A model generated the notes under the pieces. That model did not search any database. It saw only the letters and a program-made list of their open reading frames with translations, and had not been told where the DNA came from. DNA of 58,146 nt, the filler included, from Deltaproteobacteria bacterium (GTDB lineage: Bacteria > CG2-30-53-67): the NCBI GenBank assembly GCA_013151235.1. It is 4 parts of 4 records of this genome, joined end to end, with 100 filler letters (N's around TTAATTAATTAA, not from the genome) between each part and the next. Parts side by side here need not be neighbours in the genome. Positions count along the whole stretch, not along the records: positions 31,306 to 50,396 come from JAADIO010000055.1; positions 50,497 to 54,730 come from JAADIO010000056.1; 2 more parts are not named here. One strand, written 5' to 3'. Position 1 is the stretch's first letter. Every line of letters begins with the position of its first letter. Below, in pieces: positions 41,704-51,073 of this stretch. The position numbers and the translations under genes were made by a program.

Positions 41704-42915
41704 ATGGAAGTTTTCAAGTACGCAGGAAAAACGAGTTCCGGCGGGATCAAGAAAGGGGTCATCGAAGCGGCTTCCCGCGACGCTGCGGTCGCTATCCTTC
41801 GCCAACAGGGTGTCCGTACGACCTCCATAAAACCCAAACCGAAAGACATTGAAATCAAGATCCCCGGCCTGGGGGGCGGCGTCAAAGAAGCCGAAATTGT
41901 TATCTTTACCCGTCAGTTCGCCACCATGATCGACGCCGGGCTTCCGCTGGTACAATGCCTCGACATCCTCTCGGCACAGACGGAAAACAAGAACTTCGCC
42001 AAGGTCATTTCCGCAGTCAAGCAGGATGTGGAAGACGGATCCACCTATGCCGACGCCCTTCGCAAACACCCAAACATTTTCAGTGACCTCTATGTCAACA
42101 TGGTGGAAGCCGGCGAGGTCGGCGGTATTTTAGACACCATCTTGAACCGCTTGGCCGGATACATTGAAAAGGCGATGAAATTGAAGAAAAAAGTGAAGGG
42201 CGCCATGGTCTATCCGGCAACGGTGGTCAGCGTTGCCGTCATTGTGGTGGTCATCATCATGGTCTACGTCATCCCGGTCTTTCAAAAAATGTTCTCCGGC
42301 TTCGGGGGGGTTCTGCCCGCTCCGACCCGGCTCGTGATTGCCATGAGTGAATTCCTGAAAGCAAACATCTTCTATATAATCATGGGGCTGTTTGCCTTCG
42401 TCGTTACCTTTTCCCAAACCTACAAGCGAAATTCAAAATTCAAAAAAGGGGTCCACATCGTCCTGCTGAAATTCCCCCTGATCGGTCCTCTGATCCGGAA
42501 GGTCGCCGTCGCCAAATTCACACGAACTCTGGGGACCCTGATCAGCAGTGGTGTACCGATCCTCGACGGGATGGACATCGTTGCACGGACGGCCAACAAC
42601 AAGGTGATCGAAGAAGCCGTTATGAAGACCCGTACCAGCATCCAGGAAGGGCGGACCATTTCCGAACCGCTTGCAGAGACCAAGGTCTTCCCACCGATGG
42701 TCGTACAGATGATCGGCGTGGGAGAACAGACGGGGGCCCTCGACTCCATGCTGAGCAAGATTGCCGACTTCTACGATGAGGAAGTGGATAATGCCGTCTC
42801 CGCCCTGACCTCCATGCTGGAACCGATCATGATGGTTTTCCTGGGGGGAACCGTCGGCTTTCTTGTCGTCTCCATGTATCTGCCGGTCTTCCGGATGGCA
42901 GACATGATTCATTAA
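41704..42915 (+). CDS. pilC: Type IV pilus platform protein
   Basis: FTRQFATMIDAG, AGEVGG, AMVYP, LEPIM. Confidence 0.95.
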   Translation: MEVFKYAGKTSSGGIKKGVIEAASRDAAVAILRQQGVRTTSIKPKPKDIEIKIPGLGGGVKEAEIVIFTRQFATMIDAGLPLVQCLDILSAQTENKNFAKVISAVKQDVEDGSTYADALRKHPNIFSDLYVNMVEAGEVGGILDTILNRLAGYIEKAMKLKKKVKGAMVYPATVVSVAVIVVVIIMVYVIPVFQKMFSGFGGVLPAPTRLVIAMSEFLKANIFYIIMGLFAFVVTFSQTYKRNSKFKKGVHIVLLKFPLIGPLIRKVAVAKFTRTLGTLISSGVPILDGMDIVARTANNKVIEEAVMKTRTSIQEGRTISEPLAETKVFPPMVVQMIGVGEQTGALDSMLSKIADFYDEEVDNAVSALTSMLEPIMMVFLGGTVGFLVVSMYLPVFRMADMIH

Positions 42916-43005
42916 TTCTCCCCCAGGCAGGATAACGATTCCCGCCATGGGGGGAAGAACTTCCTTCCCCTCGCGGCATAACCGCCGGAACACAATGATA
43001 TTCCC

Positions 43006-44718
43006 ATGTCTGCACGATTAACACCTCAGCAGGAAGACCTTTTCAGCCGCCTGAAATGGCTGATGTTCATGCGGATTGCGCTGGTCACCTTTCTGTTCGG
43101 AGTCACCCTCCTCGTCAGTCTGCGAAGCCCCCATAACGGAGTGATCTCCTCTTTTACCTCGCTCTATTTCCTGATCGGATATGCGTACCTCCTGACCGGT
43201 TTGTCCGCCTTTTTCTTCAAACAGATTCGTCATCCGGTACGCTTCGCCTACCTCCAGATTGCAGGAGATATCGTTTTTATCACGGGTGTGCTCCACATCA
43301 CCGGCGGTATTGAAAGTCCCTTTGTCTTTCTCTATTTCCTCTCCATCATCAGCGGGAGTCTGTTGCACTACAGGAAGGGAGGCATCACGGCGGCATTGCT
43401 CAGCGCCCTTTCCTACCTGGCTCTCCTTTATATAAACACCCTGGGCGCCGCCTTCTTTCATATCACCCGCACAACATTCGACCCGCTCCGGATCTACTAT
43501 CGGACCTTCCTGAACCTTTTTTCATTCTTTGTTGTTGCGTTTCTCAGTAATCAGCTTGCCCATCGGCTGAAAAAAGCCGGCGAAGAAATTCAGGAAAAAA
43601 AGATCGATATTGAAGACCTGCAGGCATTCAACGAGAATATCATCCAGAGTGTTACCAGCGGTCTGATCACGACCGATCTGTCCGGTTGTGTCACTTCGGT
43701 CAACCGTTCCGCAGAGAAAATCCTGGGCCTTCCGAAATCCGCTCTGTTGCACATGAATCTGGAAGAACTTTTCTCATTCGAAAAGATCACCCATTATCTG
43801 CATCGTAACCCCTTACAAGGAGCGCAGGAAGACTTCCGCCGGTTCGAAGTCACCTATACGAATCATGACAAAAAGGAGATGATCCTCGGGATGACACTGT
43901 CACTCCTTCGCAACAACCGAAAGGAATTGCAGGGTTACCTCTGCACCTTCCAGGACCTTACCCGGATCAAGGCCCTGGAAAAAAAGATGAAACGAAACGA
44001 ACAACTGGCCATGATCGGTGAACTTTCCGCAGGCATCGCGCATGAAATCCGGAATCCCCTGGCCTCCATCAGCGGATCGATTCAGATGCTGAAGGACGAA
44101 CTGGACCTCGACGATGCCAACCGGCGGCTGATGGAGATCATCCTGAAAGAAACAGACCGGCTGAATAACCTGATCGGGAATTTCCTGATGTACGCCCGCC
44201 CGAAACCGATCGAGCGGTCAAACGTCCTGCTGAAGGATCTCGTGGACGAAACAGTGACCCTGCTGCAATACAACCGGAGGATCCGGAAAAACCTCTCGAT
44301 CGACGTCAACCTGCCGGATAAGCTGGAACTGGATGTTGATTCTACAGCCATGCGCCAGGTCTTATGGAACCTGGCCGTCAATGCCATTGACGCCATGCCG
44401 GAGGGCGGAACGCTCACAATCTCCGGGCGGAAGATTGCAGGCGACCGCCCGCTGGCAAAAAGAAAAAAAGGAACCCCCATAATCCGGATCACCTTCTCAG
44501 ACACCGGCTGCGGCATCGACCCCGAAATCCGAGACCGCATCTTTTTCCCCTTCCACACGACGAAAGAAGGTGGTACCGGTTTGGGACTGGCCATTGTCCA
44601 CCAGATCATGCAACAACATGACGGCTGGATCGATGTTGTCAGCCTCCCCGGCGAAGAAACAAGCTTTCACCTCTATCTGCCGGAGAACGTGCCGACAACC
44701 GTTTTGCAGGAGGTTTAG
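43006..44718 (+). CDS. pilS: Sensor kinase PilS
   Basis: Multi-TM N-terminus (TGGIESPF), PAS domain, AHEIRNPL; synteny. Confidence 0.88.
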   Translation: MSARLTPQQEDLFSRLKWLMFMRIALVTFLFGVTLLVSLRSPHNGVISSFTSLYFLIGYAYLLTGLSAFFFKQIRHPVRFAYLQIAGDIVFITGVLHITGGIESPFVFLYFLSIISGSLLHYRKGGITAALLSALSYLALLYINTLGAAFFHITRTTFDPLRIYYRTFLNLFSFFVVAFLSNQLAHRLKKAGEEIQEKKIDIEDLQAFNENIIQSVTSGLITTDLSGCVTSVNRSAEKILGLPKSALLHMNLEELFSFEKITHYLHRNPLQGAQEDFRRFEVTYTNHDKKEMILGMTLSLLRNNRKELQGYLCTFQDLTRIKALEKKMKRNEQLAMIGELSAGIAHEIRNPLASISGSIQMLKDELDLDDANRRLMEIILKETDRLNNLIGNFLMYARPKPIERSNVLLKDLVDETVTLLQYNRRIRKNLSIDVNLPDKLELDVDSTAMRQVLWNLAVNAIDAMPEGGTLTISGRKIAGDRPLAKRKKGTPIIRITFSDTGCGIDPEIRDRIFFPFHTTKEGGTGLGLAIVHQIMQQHDGWIDVVSLPGEETSFHLYLPENVPTTVLQEV

Positions 44719-46116
44719 ATGCATTCGATTCTCATTGTTGATGATGAACAAAGCATGCGGGAATTCCTCTCCATTCTGCTGAAAAAGGAGGGCTATGCCG
44801 TTCATACGGCCTCCAACGCACGGGAGGCCCTACAGCAGATTGAAGAACGGATCTTCAGCCTGATCATTTCGGATATCAAAATGCCGGGGATGGACGGTCT
44901 GCAACTTCTGCAGAAGGTCCGAAAGATCTCACCCGACACCCTCGTCCTGATGATCACGGCCTTCGGATCCACCGATACGGCCATCGAAGCCATGAAGAAA
45001 GGCGCACTCGATTATATCATTAAACCCTTCAAGGTTGACAAAATCAAAATGATCATCCGGAATGCCCTGAAGAAGATCGACCTGGAACAGGAAAACGCCC
45101 TTCTCCGCCGGGAACTCTTTGCCCGTAACGGCCTGGACCGTATCATCGGTAGAAGTCCTCTGATGAAATCGGTTTTTGAAATTATCCGGAAAACCGCCGA
45201 CAGCAAGAGCAATGTCCTGATCACCGGAGAGAGCGGAACGGGAAAAGACCTGGTGGCCCAGGCCATCCACCGCCTGAGCCGTCGGAAGGACAACCCCTTC
45301 GTTGCCATCAACTGTGGAGCGCTTCCGGAAAATCTGCTGGAAAGCGAACTCTTCGGCTACCAGCAAGGGGCCTTTACGGGAGCGATGGAAAACAAAAAGG
45401 GTCTTTTCGAAGTCGCCGACGGGGGAAGCATCTTTCTCGATGAAATCGGAGAGTTGGAGCCGGCGATGCAGGTCAAACTTCTCAGGGTACTACAGAATCA
45501 GGAATTCCGACGCATCGGAGGGACCGACGACATCCAGGTCGATGTGCGTATCATTGCCGCTTCCAATCAGGATTTCAACAAGATCGTGGAAGAAAAACGC
45601 TTTCGCGAGGATCTCTATTATCGGCTGAATGTCATTCCGATCGAGATCCCGTCACTACGGGAACGAAAGGAGGACATCCCTCTCCTGGTCAACCATTTTC
45701 TAAAGAAAGTCGCTCCCGATCGAACGCTCACCATCACCGAAGAGTGTATGGAACGGTTATGCCGATACGAATGGAAGGGAAATGTCCGGGAACTGGAAAA
45801 CACCATCGAACGATCGGTGGTGCTTTCACAGAAAGACCGGATCACCACGGAACACCTTCCCCGTCACATCATGGAAGGACGGATTCTCGGACAATCTCCA
45901 AAGGTTGACCTGCCGGACAGCGGCATCGACTTTGACCGGATTATCCGTGACCTGGAACGGGATCTCTTGACACAAGCCCTGACAAAGGCCGGAGGGATTA
46001 AAAAGGAGGCCGCCCGCATTCTGAACATGAGTTTCCGCTCCTTCAGGTACAAATTAAGCAAATACGAAATCGGTCAGCAGGAGGACCCCCGAAAAGAGGA
46101 AGAGGTCCCCGGATAG
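44719..46116 (+). CDS. pilR: sigma54 response regulator PilR
   Basis: Receiver domain, GAFTGA, MSFRSFRYKL HTH; synteny. Confidence 0.88.
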   Translation: MHSILIVDDEQSMREFLSILLKKEGYAVHTASNAREALQQIEERIFSLIISDIKMPGMDGLQLLQKVRKISPDTLVLMITAFGSTDTAIEAMKKGALDYIIKPFKVDKIKMIIRNALKKIDLEQENALLRRELFARNGLDRIIGRSPLMKSVFEIIRKTADSKSNVLITGESGTGKDLVAQAIHRLSRRKDNPFVAINCGALPENLLESELFGYQQGAFTGAMENKKGLFEVADGGSIFLDEIGELEPAMQVKLLRVLQNQEFRRIGGTDDIQVDVRIIAASNQDFNKIVEEKRFREDLYYRLNVIPIEIPSLRERKEDIPLLVNHFLKKVAPDRTLTITEECMERLCRYEWKGNVRELENTIERSVVLSQKDRITTEHLPRHIMEGRILGQSPKVDLPDSGIDFDRIIRDLERDLLTQALTKAGGIKKEAARILNMSFRSFRYKLSKYEIGQQEDPRKEEEVPG

Positions 46117-46260
46117 GGCGCTTCCCTTCTCCCTCCGTCGAGACATTGGAGTGCCTGTACCGCACTTGTCTTTTCATTCCGCATGTGGTAACTTGCATTT
46201 CATCGCTGGGGTTTCTACTCCCCATTCCAGAGAAAAAACCTCATTCAAAGGGAGTGAATT

Positions 46261-46602
46261 ATGCTCATCATCAAGATGATCCTGGGCTTGCTGGTTTTTC
46301 TGATTCTCCTCTTTTTCTCCAATATCAACATGGAAAATGTCCGTCTTTTCTACACGCAGCAAAACTTTATCGAAGTCCCCCTTTTTCTCCTTCTCCTGAT
46401 CTCCCTCTTGATTGGAATGGTCGTAGCCCTGCTCATCAGCGTCTATGAAAAGCTGAAGCTCAAAGGACAGATCAGAGCCCTCAAAAAAACGCAGAAATCC
46501 ATGGAGGGGGAACTGGCTTCTCTACGCAAGATCCCGATCATGGAGAAAGAGAAGCCCCCGGTCCCGGTTCCCCCGGCACCGCACGCAGCGAAAGAACTAT
46601 AG
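46261..46602 (+). CDS. lapA: LapA-family membrane protein
   Basis: Two TMs plus a coiled coil, directly upstream of a lapB-like gene. Confidence 0.75.
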   Translation: MLIIKMILGLLVFLILLFFSNINMENVRLFYTQQNFIEVPLFLLLLISLLIGMVVALLISVYEKLKLKGQIRALKKTQKSMEGELASLRKIPIMEKEKPPVPVPPAPHAAKEL

Positions 46603-47763
46603 ATGACCCCAACGCCCACGGATACACTCATGCTTTGCGGTCTCGCCCTGGCAGGAGGGATCATTGTCGGCCGTCTGATTCCCGGAAAAAAGCGAACACC
46701 AAAATCGGATACCCCGGGCAGGACCAGTTTTTACAAAAGTCTGAACTATATCCTCTCCAACGAACATGACAAGGCCATCGAGGAGTTCACCCGCATGGTG
46801 GAAGTCGACTCTGAAACGGTCGAGGTCTATCTTGGGCTGGGGAGCCTCTTCCGTTCCAAGGGAGAGTTGGGGCGAGCCATCCGGATTCACCAGAGTATTA
46901 TCGTCCGGCCTTCACTGGATAAAAAAATCAAGATCCAGGCCTATTTTGACCTGGCCCTCGATTATCAGAAAGCCGGTCTTTTTGACAGCGCGATCGAAAC
47001 CTTTCAGACCGTAATTCAGTCGGACCCGCGCCACCTTCCCGCCTACCGTCATCTGGAAAGAATTTACGAAGAAGAAAAAAGCTGGGAAAAAGCCTTCGAC
47101 ATTGAAAAACAGATACAGAAACTGACCAAAGCAAAGGATACAATGGTGCTGGCTCACCTGCAAACGGAAAAAGGAAAATCGTGTCAACAACAGGGAGCGC
47201 TCGATGATGCCGTCCGAAACTATAAAAAAGCTATTCAGATCGATCCGAAGTGCGTCGATGCCTACCTCCACCTGGGGGATTATTACCATGAACAGAAAAA
47301 GTTCACCAAGGCAATTGAAATCTGGGAAGGGGTCGCGGAACGGACGCCGGAGTATGCCTTTCTCACCTACAAGCGGCTGGAAAGTTCTTATTACGAGTTG
47401 GGACGTTATGAAGAGATGGAACGGATCTACCAGGAGAATATCGCTCGCAACCCGGGAGATCTCCAGACCCGGCTTGTCCTGGGAGACCATTATCTTCGAA
47501 AAGGGAATCTACAGGATGCGATCGCCGAATTCCAGGAAATCATCAAGGCTCAACCGGGCTGCATCGAAGCTCACCAGAAACTCGGGGAAGCCTTTCTGAA
47601 AGCGGAAAACAGTGCCGAAGTTGAAAAAGAGCTGGGAATCCTGGCCCATCTTTTCTCAACAAAATATCTATTTTATCATTGTAAAGAGTGCGGTTTTGAA
47701 TCGAAGAATATTTTATGGCAATGTCCACAATGCAAGACGTGGGATACCTTTGTACATGGATAG
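46603..47763 (+). CDS. lapB: LPS assembly protein B
   Basis: N-terminal TM, TPRs (RAIRIHQ), C-terminal CKECGF..WQCPQCKTW rubredoxin-like domain. Confidence 0.9.
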   Translation: MTPTPTDTLMLCGLALAGGIIVGRLIPGKKRTPKSDTPGRTSFYKSLNYILSNEHDKAIEEFTRMVEVDSETVEVYLGLGSLFRSKGELGRAIRIHQSIIVRPSLDKKIKIQAYFDLALDYQKAGLFDSAIETFQTVIQSDPRHLPAYRHLERIYEEEKSWEKAFDIEKQIQKLTKAKDTMVLAHLQTEKGKSCQQQGALDDAVRNYKKAIQIDPKCVDAYLHLGDYYHEQKKFTKAIEIWEGVAERTPEYAFLTYKRLESSYYELGRYEEMERIYQENIARNPGDLQTRLVLGDHYLRKGNLQDAIAEFQEIIKAQPGCIEAHQKLGEAFLKAENSAEVEKELGILAHLFSTKYLFYHCKECGFESKNILWQCPQCKTWDTFVHG

Positions 47764-47779
47764 AAACCTGTTTCAACTA

Positions 47780-47815
47780 TCACTGAATGCGGCCCGGCCG
47801 GGCCGCATTCAGTGA
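47780..47815. terminator. Perfect 36-bp palindrome between convergent lapB and sat
   Basis: TCACTGAATGCGGCCCGG|CCGGGCCGCATTCAGTGA. Confidence 0.7.
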
Positions 47816-47833
47816 AACAAACAGATTGTCTTT

Positions 47834-49057
47834 TTATTCGCCGGTGGCAGCCTTGTGCAGTTTAATCTCCACCTTCTCCGTCAAGGAGGCATAATAGGCA
47901 CGAAGGATCTTCAGGACTTCAGGACGGCTGAAGTGATCCGGAACATCATCCCCTTCCGAAAGCATCTTGCGAAGCTTTGTCCCGGAGAGCAACATCCGGT
48001 CTTCCTTGCCGTGACAGCAAGTCCGCATGGAAGCCATCCCGTCACACTTGGTGCAGTAAAAAGTCCAGTCGATTTTAAGCGGCTGAGTCTCCAATGCCCC
48101 CTTGGGAATTTCGTCAAAGATATGATGTGCATCAAAGGCACCGTAGTAATCGCCCACTCCGGCATGATCACGGCCGACAATCAGATGGCTGCAACCATAG
48201 TTCTGACGGAAGAGTGCATGAAGCAGGGCCTCTCTCGGTCCGGCATAGCGCATATCGAGGGGATACCCCGCCTGGATGACGGTGTCGTCCACAAAATACT
48301 TGTCAATCAGGGTCCCGATCGCCTCGCTCCGGACATCGGCCGGAATATCTCCCGGTTTCAGTTTTCCTAAAAGCTGATGAATCAGGACACCATCACAGAT
48401 CTCGATGGCAATCTTGGCAAGATACTCGTGTGACCGGTGCATCGGATTCCGGGTCTGGAAGGCGGCAACGGTACTCCATCCTTTTTCGTCGAAGATCTTG
48501 CGGGTTTCCGCCGGCGTCATGTAGACCCCTTTGTACTTCGTCGGGAAATCTCCTTCGCTGAAGACCTTGACCGGTCCGGCGAGATTGACATCGCCCTGGT
48601 CCATCACCTTCGCCACACCGGGGTGCTCCATCTCCGTCGTTTTAAAGACATGCTGACACTCGAATTCCTTATCGGTTCGGGTCATGGCATACTTCTCATT
48701 GACCACCATGGTCCCCATCAACTCGCCGCTCTCGTCATCGACAAGAGCAACTTCCTCCCCCTCTTGGAGGGTATCGGCTTGTTCTTTACTGGTGGAGAGA
48801 GTAATCGGAATCGGCCAGAAGAGTCCGTCTGCCATGGCGAAATTTTCACAGACCCCTTTCCAGTCCGCCTTCCCCATAAAACCATTCAGCGGCGTAAACC
48901 CGCCGATACCGAGCATGATCAGATCGCCCGTTTCCCGTGAACTGATCCGGATCTGGGTCAGCGATTTTGCATTTTCCTTTGCCTTGGCAAGCTCATCCCC
49001 CTGAAGCAGCAGGGGTTTCAGTCCTTGACCACCGTGTGGCTGTACTAACTTCGACAT
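47834..49057 (-). CDS. sat: Sulfate adenylyltransferase (dissimilatory type)
   Basis: [37 protein letters not shown]. Confidence 0.96.
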   Translation of the reverse strand: MSKLVQPHGGQGLKPLLLQGDELAKAKENAKSLTQIRISSRETGDLIMLGIGGFTPLNGFMGKADWKGVCENFAMADGLFWPIPITLSTSKEQADTLQEGEEVALVDDESGELMGTMVVNEKYAMTRTDKEFECQHVFKTTEMEHPGVAKVMDQGDVNLAGPVKVFSEGDFPTKYKGVYMTPAETRKIFDEKGWSTVAAFQTRNPMHRSHEYLAKIAIEICDGVLIHQLLGKLKPGDIPADVRSEAIGTLIDKYFVDDTVIQAGYPLDMRYAGPREALLHALFRQNYGCSHLIVGRDHAGVGDYYGAFDAHHIFDEIPKGALETQPLKIDWTFYCTKCDGMASMRTCCHGKEDRMLLSGTKLRKMLSEGDDVPDHFSRPEVLKILRAYYASLTEKVEIKLHKAATGE

Positions 49058-49083
49058 ACCTTTCCTCCTTATCATAAATGTTT

Positions 49084-49207
49084 ACGGCGTCGCGATAAGC
49101 CCGTCTACTGCGTTTACCTGATTTCGGTTCGTTGCGGCAAACAAACAGATATGCCGCACGCTTCAAAACCTGCGCGCCTTGTATGCGGGTCTTAGGACTA
49201 TGCCGTG
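49084..49207. mobile_element. Family B element, copy 2 (diverged)
   Basis: Aligns end to end with the reverse complement of 17409-17534. Confidence 0.7.
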
Positions 49208-49248
49208 AAAGATCGATCTTTCCGCCGGCCCATAAGGCGTATGATTGA

Positions 49249-50394
49249 CTACTGCCGATGACTCATCTTGGCATAAACCAGCGCCGTCGTCCGGTAAAAA
49301 AGATGGGCGAATTTCGAATAGGGCGCATAGGCAAAGAGATAAAAAACAAGCATCAGATGAACAAAATAGGTCAGCTTTGCCACGAAATTCGGATCATGAT
49401 TGTCGACCCCCATATACCGGAAGATCTGCGCAAGCAAACCGGTGATCCCCACGAGGAGTACAACGGTCAGAAACCCCCAGTCAAAATAGGTTCCCAAGCC
49501 GGACTTCTCGTCCTTGGCCTTCCGGTTGAGATAGAGCAAACCGGCACCCACAATGAGCGCAACCGCACTGATATTCCCGATAAATTTCATCGCCATGAAG
49601 AGCATTTTCCCGAAGAGCGTTTCTTCTCCGGTAAAATACATGATGATAAAACCGAGGGTCGTGGTCACAGCCAGACCGATGAAGGCATAAAGTGTCAACT
49701 GGTGTGCCGTGGCCCGCTCCCGATTGATATCGCACTCCTTGAACTTGGAATGCGCCAGAACTTCCACAATGACATCCTTCAATCCGCTGATCAAGCTGCC
49801 CGAAGGCTGCTCCGGGGAATGTGCCTTCATATCGGCCCACATATTCGTAATCCCTTTGAATGCAGACCAGAGTGCAAAGAGTGCCGCAGAACTAAAGATG
49901 ATATCGACCAGCCAGGTGTTGATAAAGGTTCCGAATGCGCCCTTGTGCATCAGATGGGGGGGGAGGGCCTTGTTCAGCCCCGGCGTCGCCAGGGCGGCAA
50001 GAAAGAGAATCACGGCCGGAATAGCCAGGATCTTCAGAAGCTGACTTTTGTCGTTGACCGCCCGTGCGAAAAACTTCACCGGCGCATAATGCTGGATCGC
50101 CTGTTTCCGCACCGCCCCCAGGACCTCTCCGGGTTTGGCCCCGCGGGGGCAATAAGTCGTGCAGTCTCCGCAGTGATGACAGAGCCAGATATCCGGATCG
50201 GAGACAAGTTTGTCCTTTAGTCCCCATCCGGCCCAGATCATCTCTTTACGGGGAAAAGGTCTGTCGTCCGGAGACTGCGGGCAGATCACCGAGCAGGTCG
50301 CACACTGGTAGCACTGTTTCAGTGTATCTCCGCCGGATTCTTTCAATTCCCGAATAAAATTCAGGTCCGGTTTTACCATCACTGTATCGGCCAT
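49249..50394 (-). CDS. qmoC: Quinone-interacting membrane oxidoreductase subunit C
   Basis: CYQCATCSVICP and CHHCGDCTTYCP ferredoxin motifs, PFPRKEM, cytochrome b-like TMs ending PYSKFAHLFYR. Confidence 0.92.
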   Translation of the reverse strand: MADTVMVKPDLNFIRELKESGGDTLKQCYQCATCSVICPQSPDDRPFPRKEMIWAGWGLKDKLVSDPDIWLCHHCGDCTTYCPRGAKPGEVLGAVRKQAIQHYAPVKFFARAVNDKSQLLKILAIPAVILFLAALATPGLNKALPPHLMHKGAFGTFINTWLVDIIFSSAALFALWSAFKGITNMWADMKAHSPEQPSGSLISGLKDVIVEVLAHSKFKECDINRERATAHQLTLYAFIGLAVTTTLGFIIMYFTGEETLFGKMLFMAMKFIGNISAVALIVGAGLLYLNRKAKDEKSGLGTYFDWGFLTVVLLVGITGLLAQIFRYMGVDNHDPNFVAKLTYFVHLMLVFYLFAYAPYSKFAHLFYRTTALVYAKMSHRQ

Positions 50395-50396
50395 TC

Positions 50397-50496
50397 NNNN
50401 NNNNNNNNNNNNNNNNNNNNNNNNNNNNNNNNNNNNNNNNTTAATTAATTAANNNNNNNNNNNNNNNNNNNNNNNNNNNNNNNNNNNNNNNNNNNN
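50397..50496. other. Artificial contig linker
   Basis: N runs flanking TTAATTAATTAA. Confidence 0.97.
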
Positions 50497-50498
50497 TG

Positions 50499-50861
50499 AC
50501 CCGGTTTTACAGTTTTACCCTGGCACTGCAGAAAGAGGGGCGGTCGAGTACCTGCTCCCTGGGGGACCCGGATATCAGTTCCTGCCAGATCCGTTACAAC
50601 GGCCAGATGGTCCAGTGCAGCTACGCCATGGCCCTGCCGAAACCGAATAATATCTTCGAGCATGGCCTTGTCGGGGCATGGCAGCGCCTGCCTATATTCA
50701 AGAAGTTTCTCGACCCTGAGCGGCTCGAAGGCAAATGCGGCGCCTGTGAAAGAAAAAAGGTCTGCAAAGGAGGATGCCGGGCACTTGCCTATTTACAGGG
50801 GCGGGGGGAATGGGCTGAAGATCCGATCTGCCCCCATACACCCGTATTGCAGGAGGTATGA
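50499..50861 (+). CDS. C-terminal SPASM domain of a radical SAM enzyme (5' truncated)
   Basis: Frame open from the contig edge: CSLG..C.IRYNGQMVQC..NIFE..LVGAW..GKCGACERKKVCKGGCRALA..EDPIC. Confidence 0.88.
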   Translation, partial: TRFYSFTLALQKEGRSSTCSLGDPDISSCQIRYNGQMVQCSYAMALPKPNNIFEHGLVGAWQRLPIFKKFLDPERLEGKCGACERKKVCKGGCRALAYLQGRGEWAEDPICPHTPVLQEV

Positions 50862-50862
50862 C

Positions 50863-51069
50863 ATGACCGATCCCAAGATAAGGCAATGGATAAAACCGGA
50901 AATTCGTGACCTTGACATTACTCGAGGGAAAAAGTGCGAGCCCAAAGACGGCGGACCGGCAGGACGGCCATGTGGACCACACACACCGGGTCATCCCGCC
51001 GGGCCCGTCGGGCCACCCCCATTATGCGGACCTAAAAAACATCGCGGACCCGGCCCGAAATTCAGTTGA
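50863..51069 (+). CDS. Putative RiPP precursor peptide (68 aa)
   Basis: AGGAGG RBS at 50851-50856; leader WIKPEIRDL..T-R-G; Gly/Pro-rich core with three Cys. Confidence 0.72.
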   Translation: MTDPKIRQWIKPEIRDLDITRGKKCEPKDGGPAGRPCGPHTPGHPAGPVGPPPLCGPKKHRGPGPKFS

Positions 51070-51073
51070 TCCG

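Noticed and set aside
46185-46200. sigma54 promoter TGGTAACTTGCA after pilR
   Set aside because: The GG-to-GC spacing is not the required 10 nt.
50906-51073. N-terminal extension of the peptidase ORF
   Set aside because: It overlaps the RBS-supported precursor gene in another frame; ATG 51074 is more plausible.
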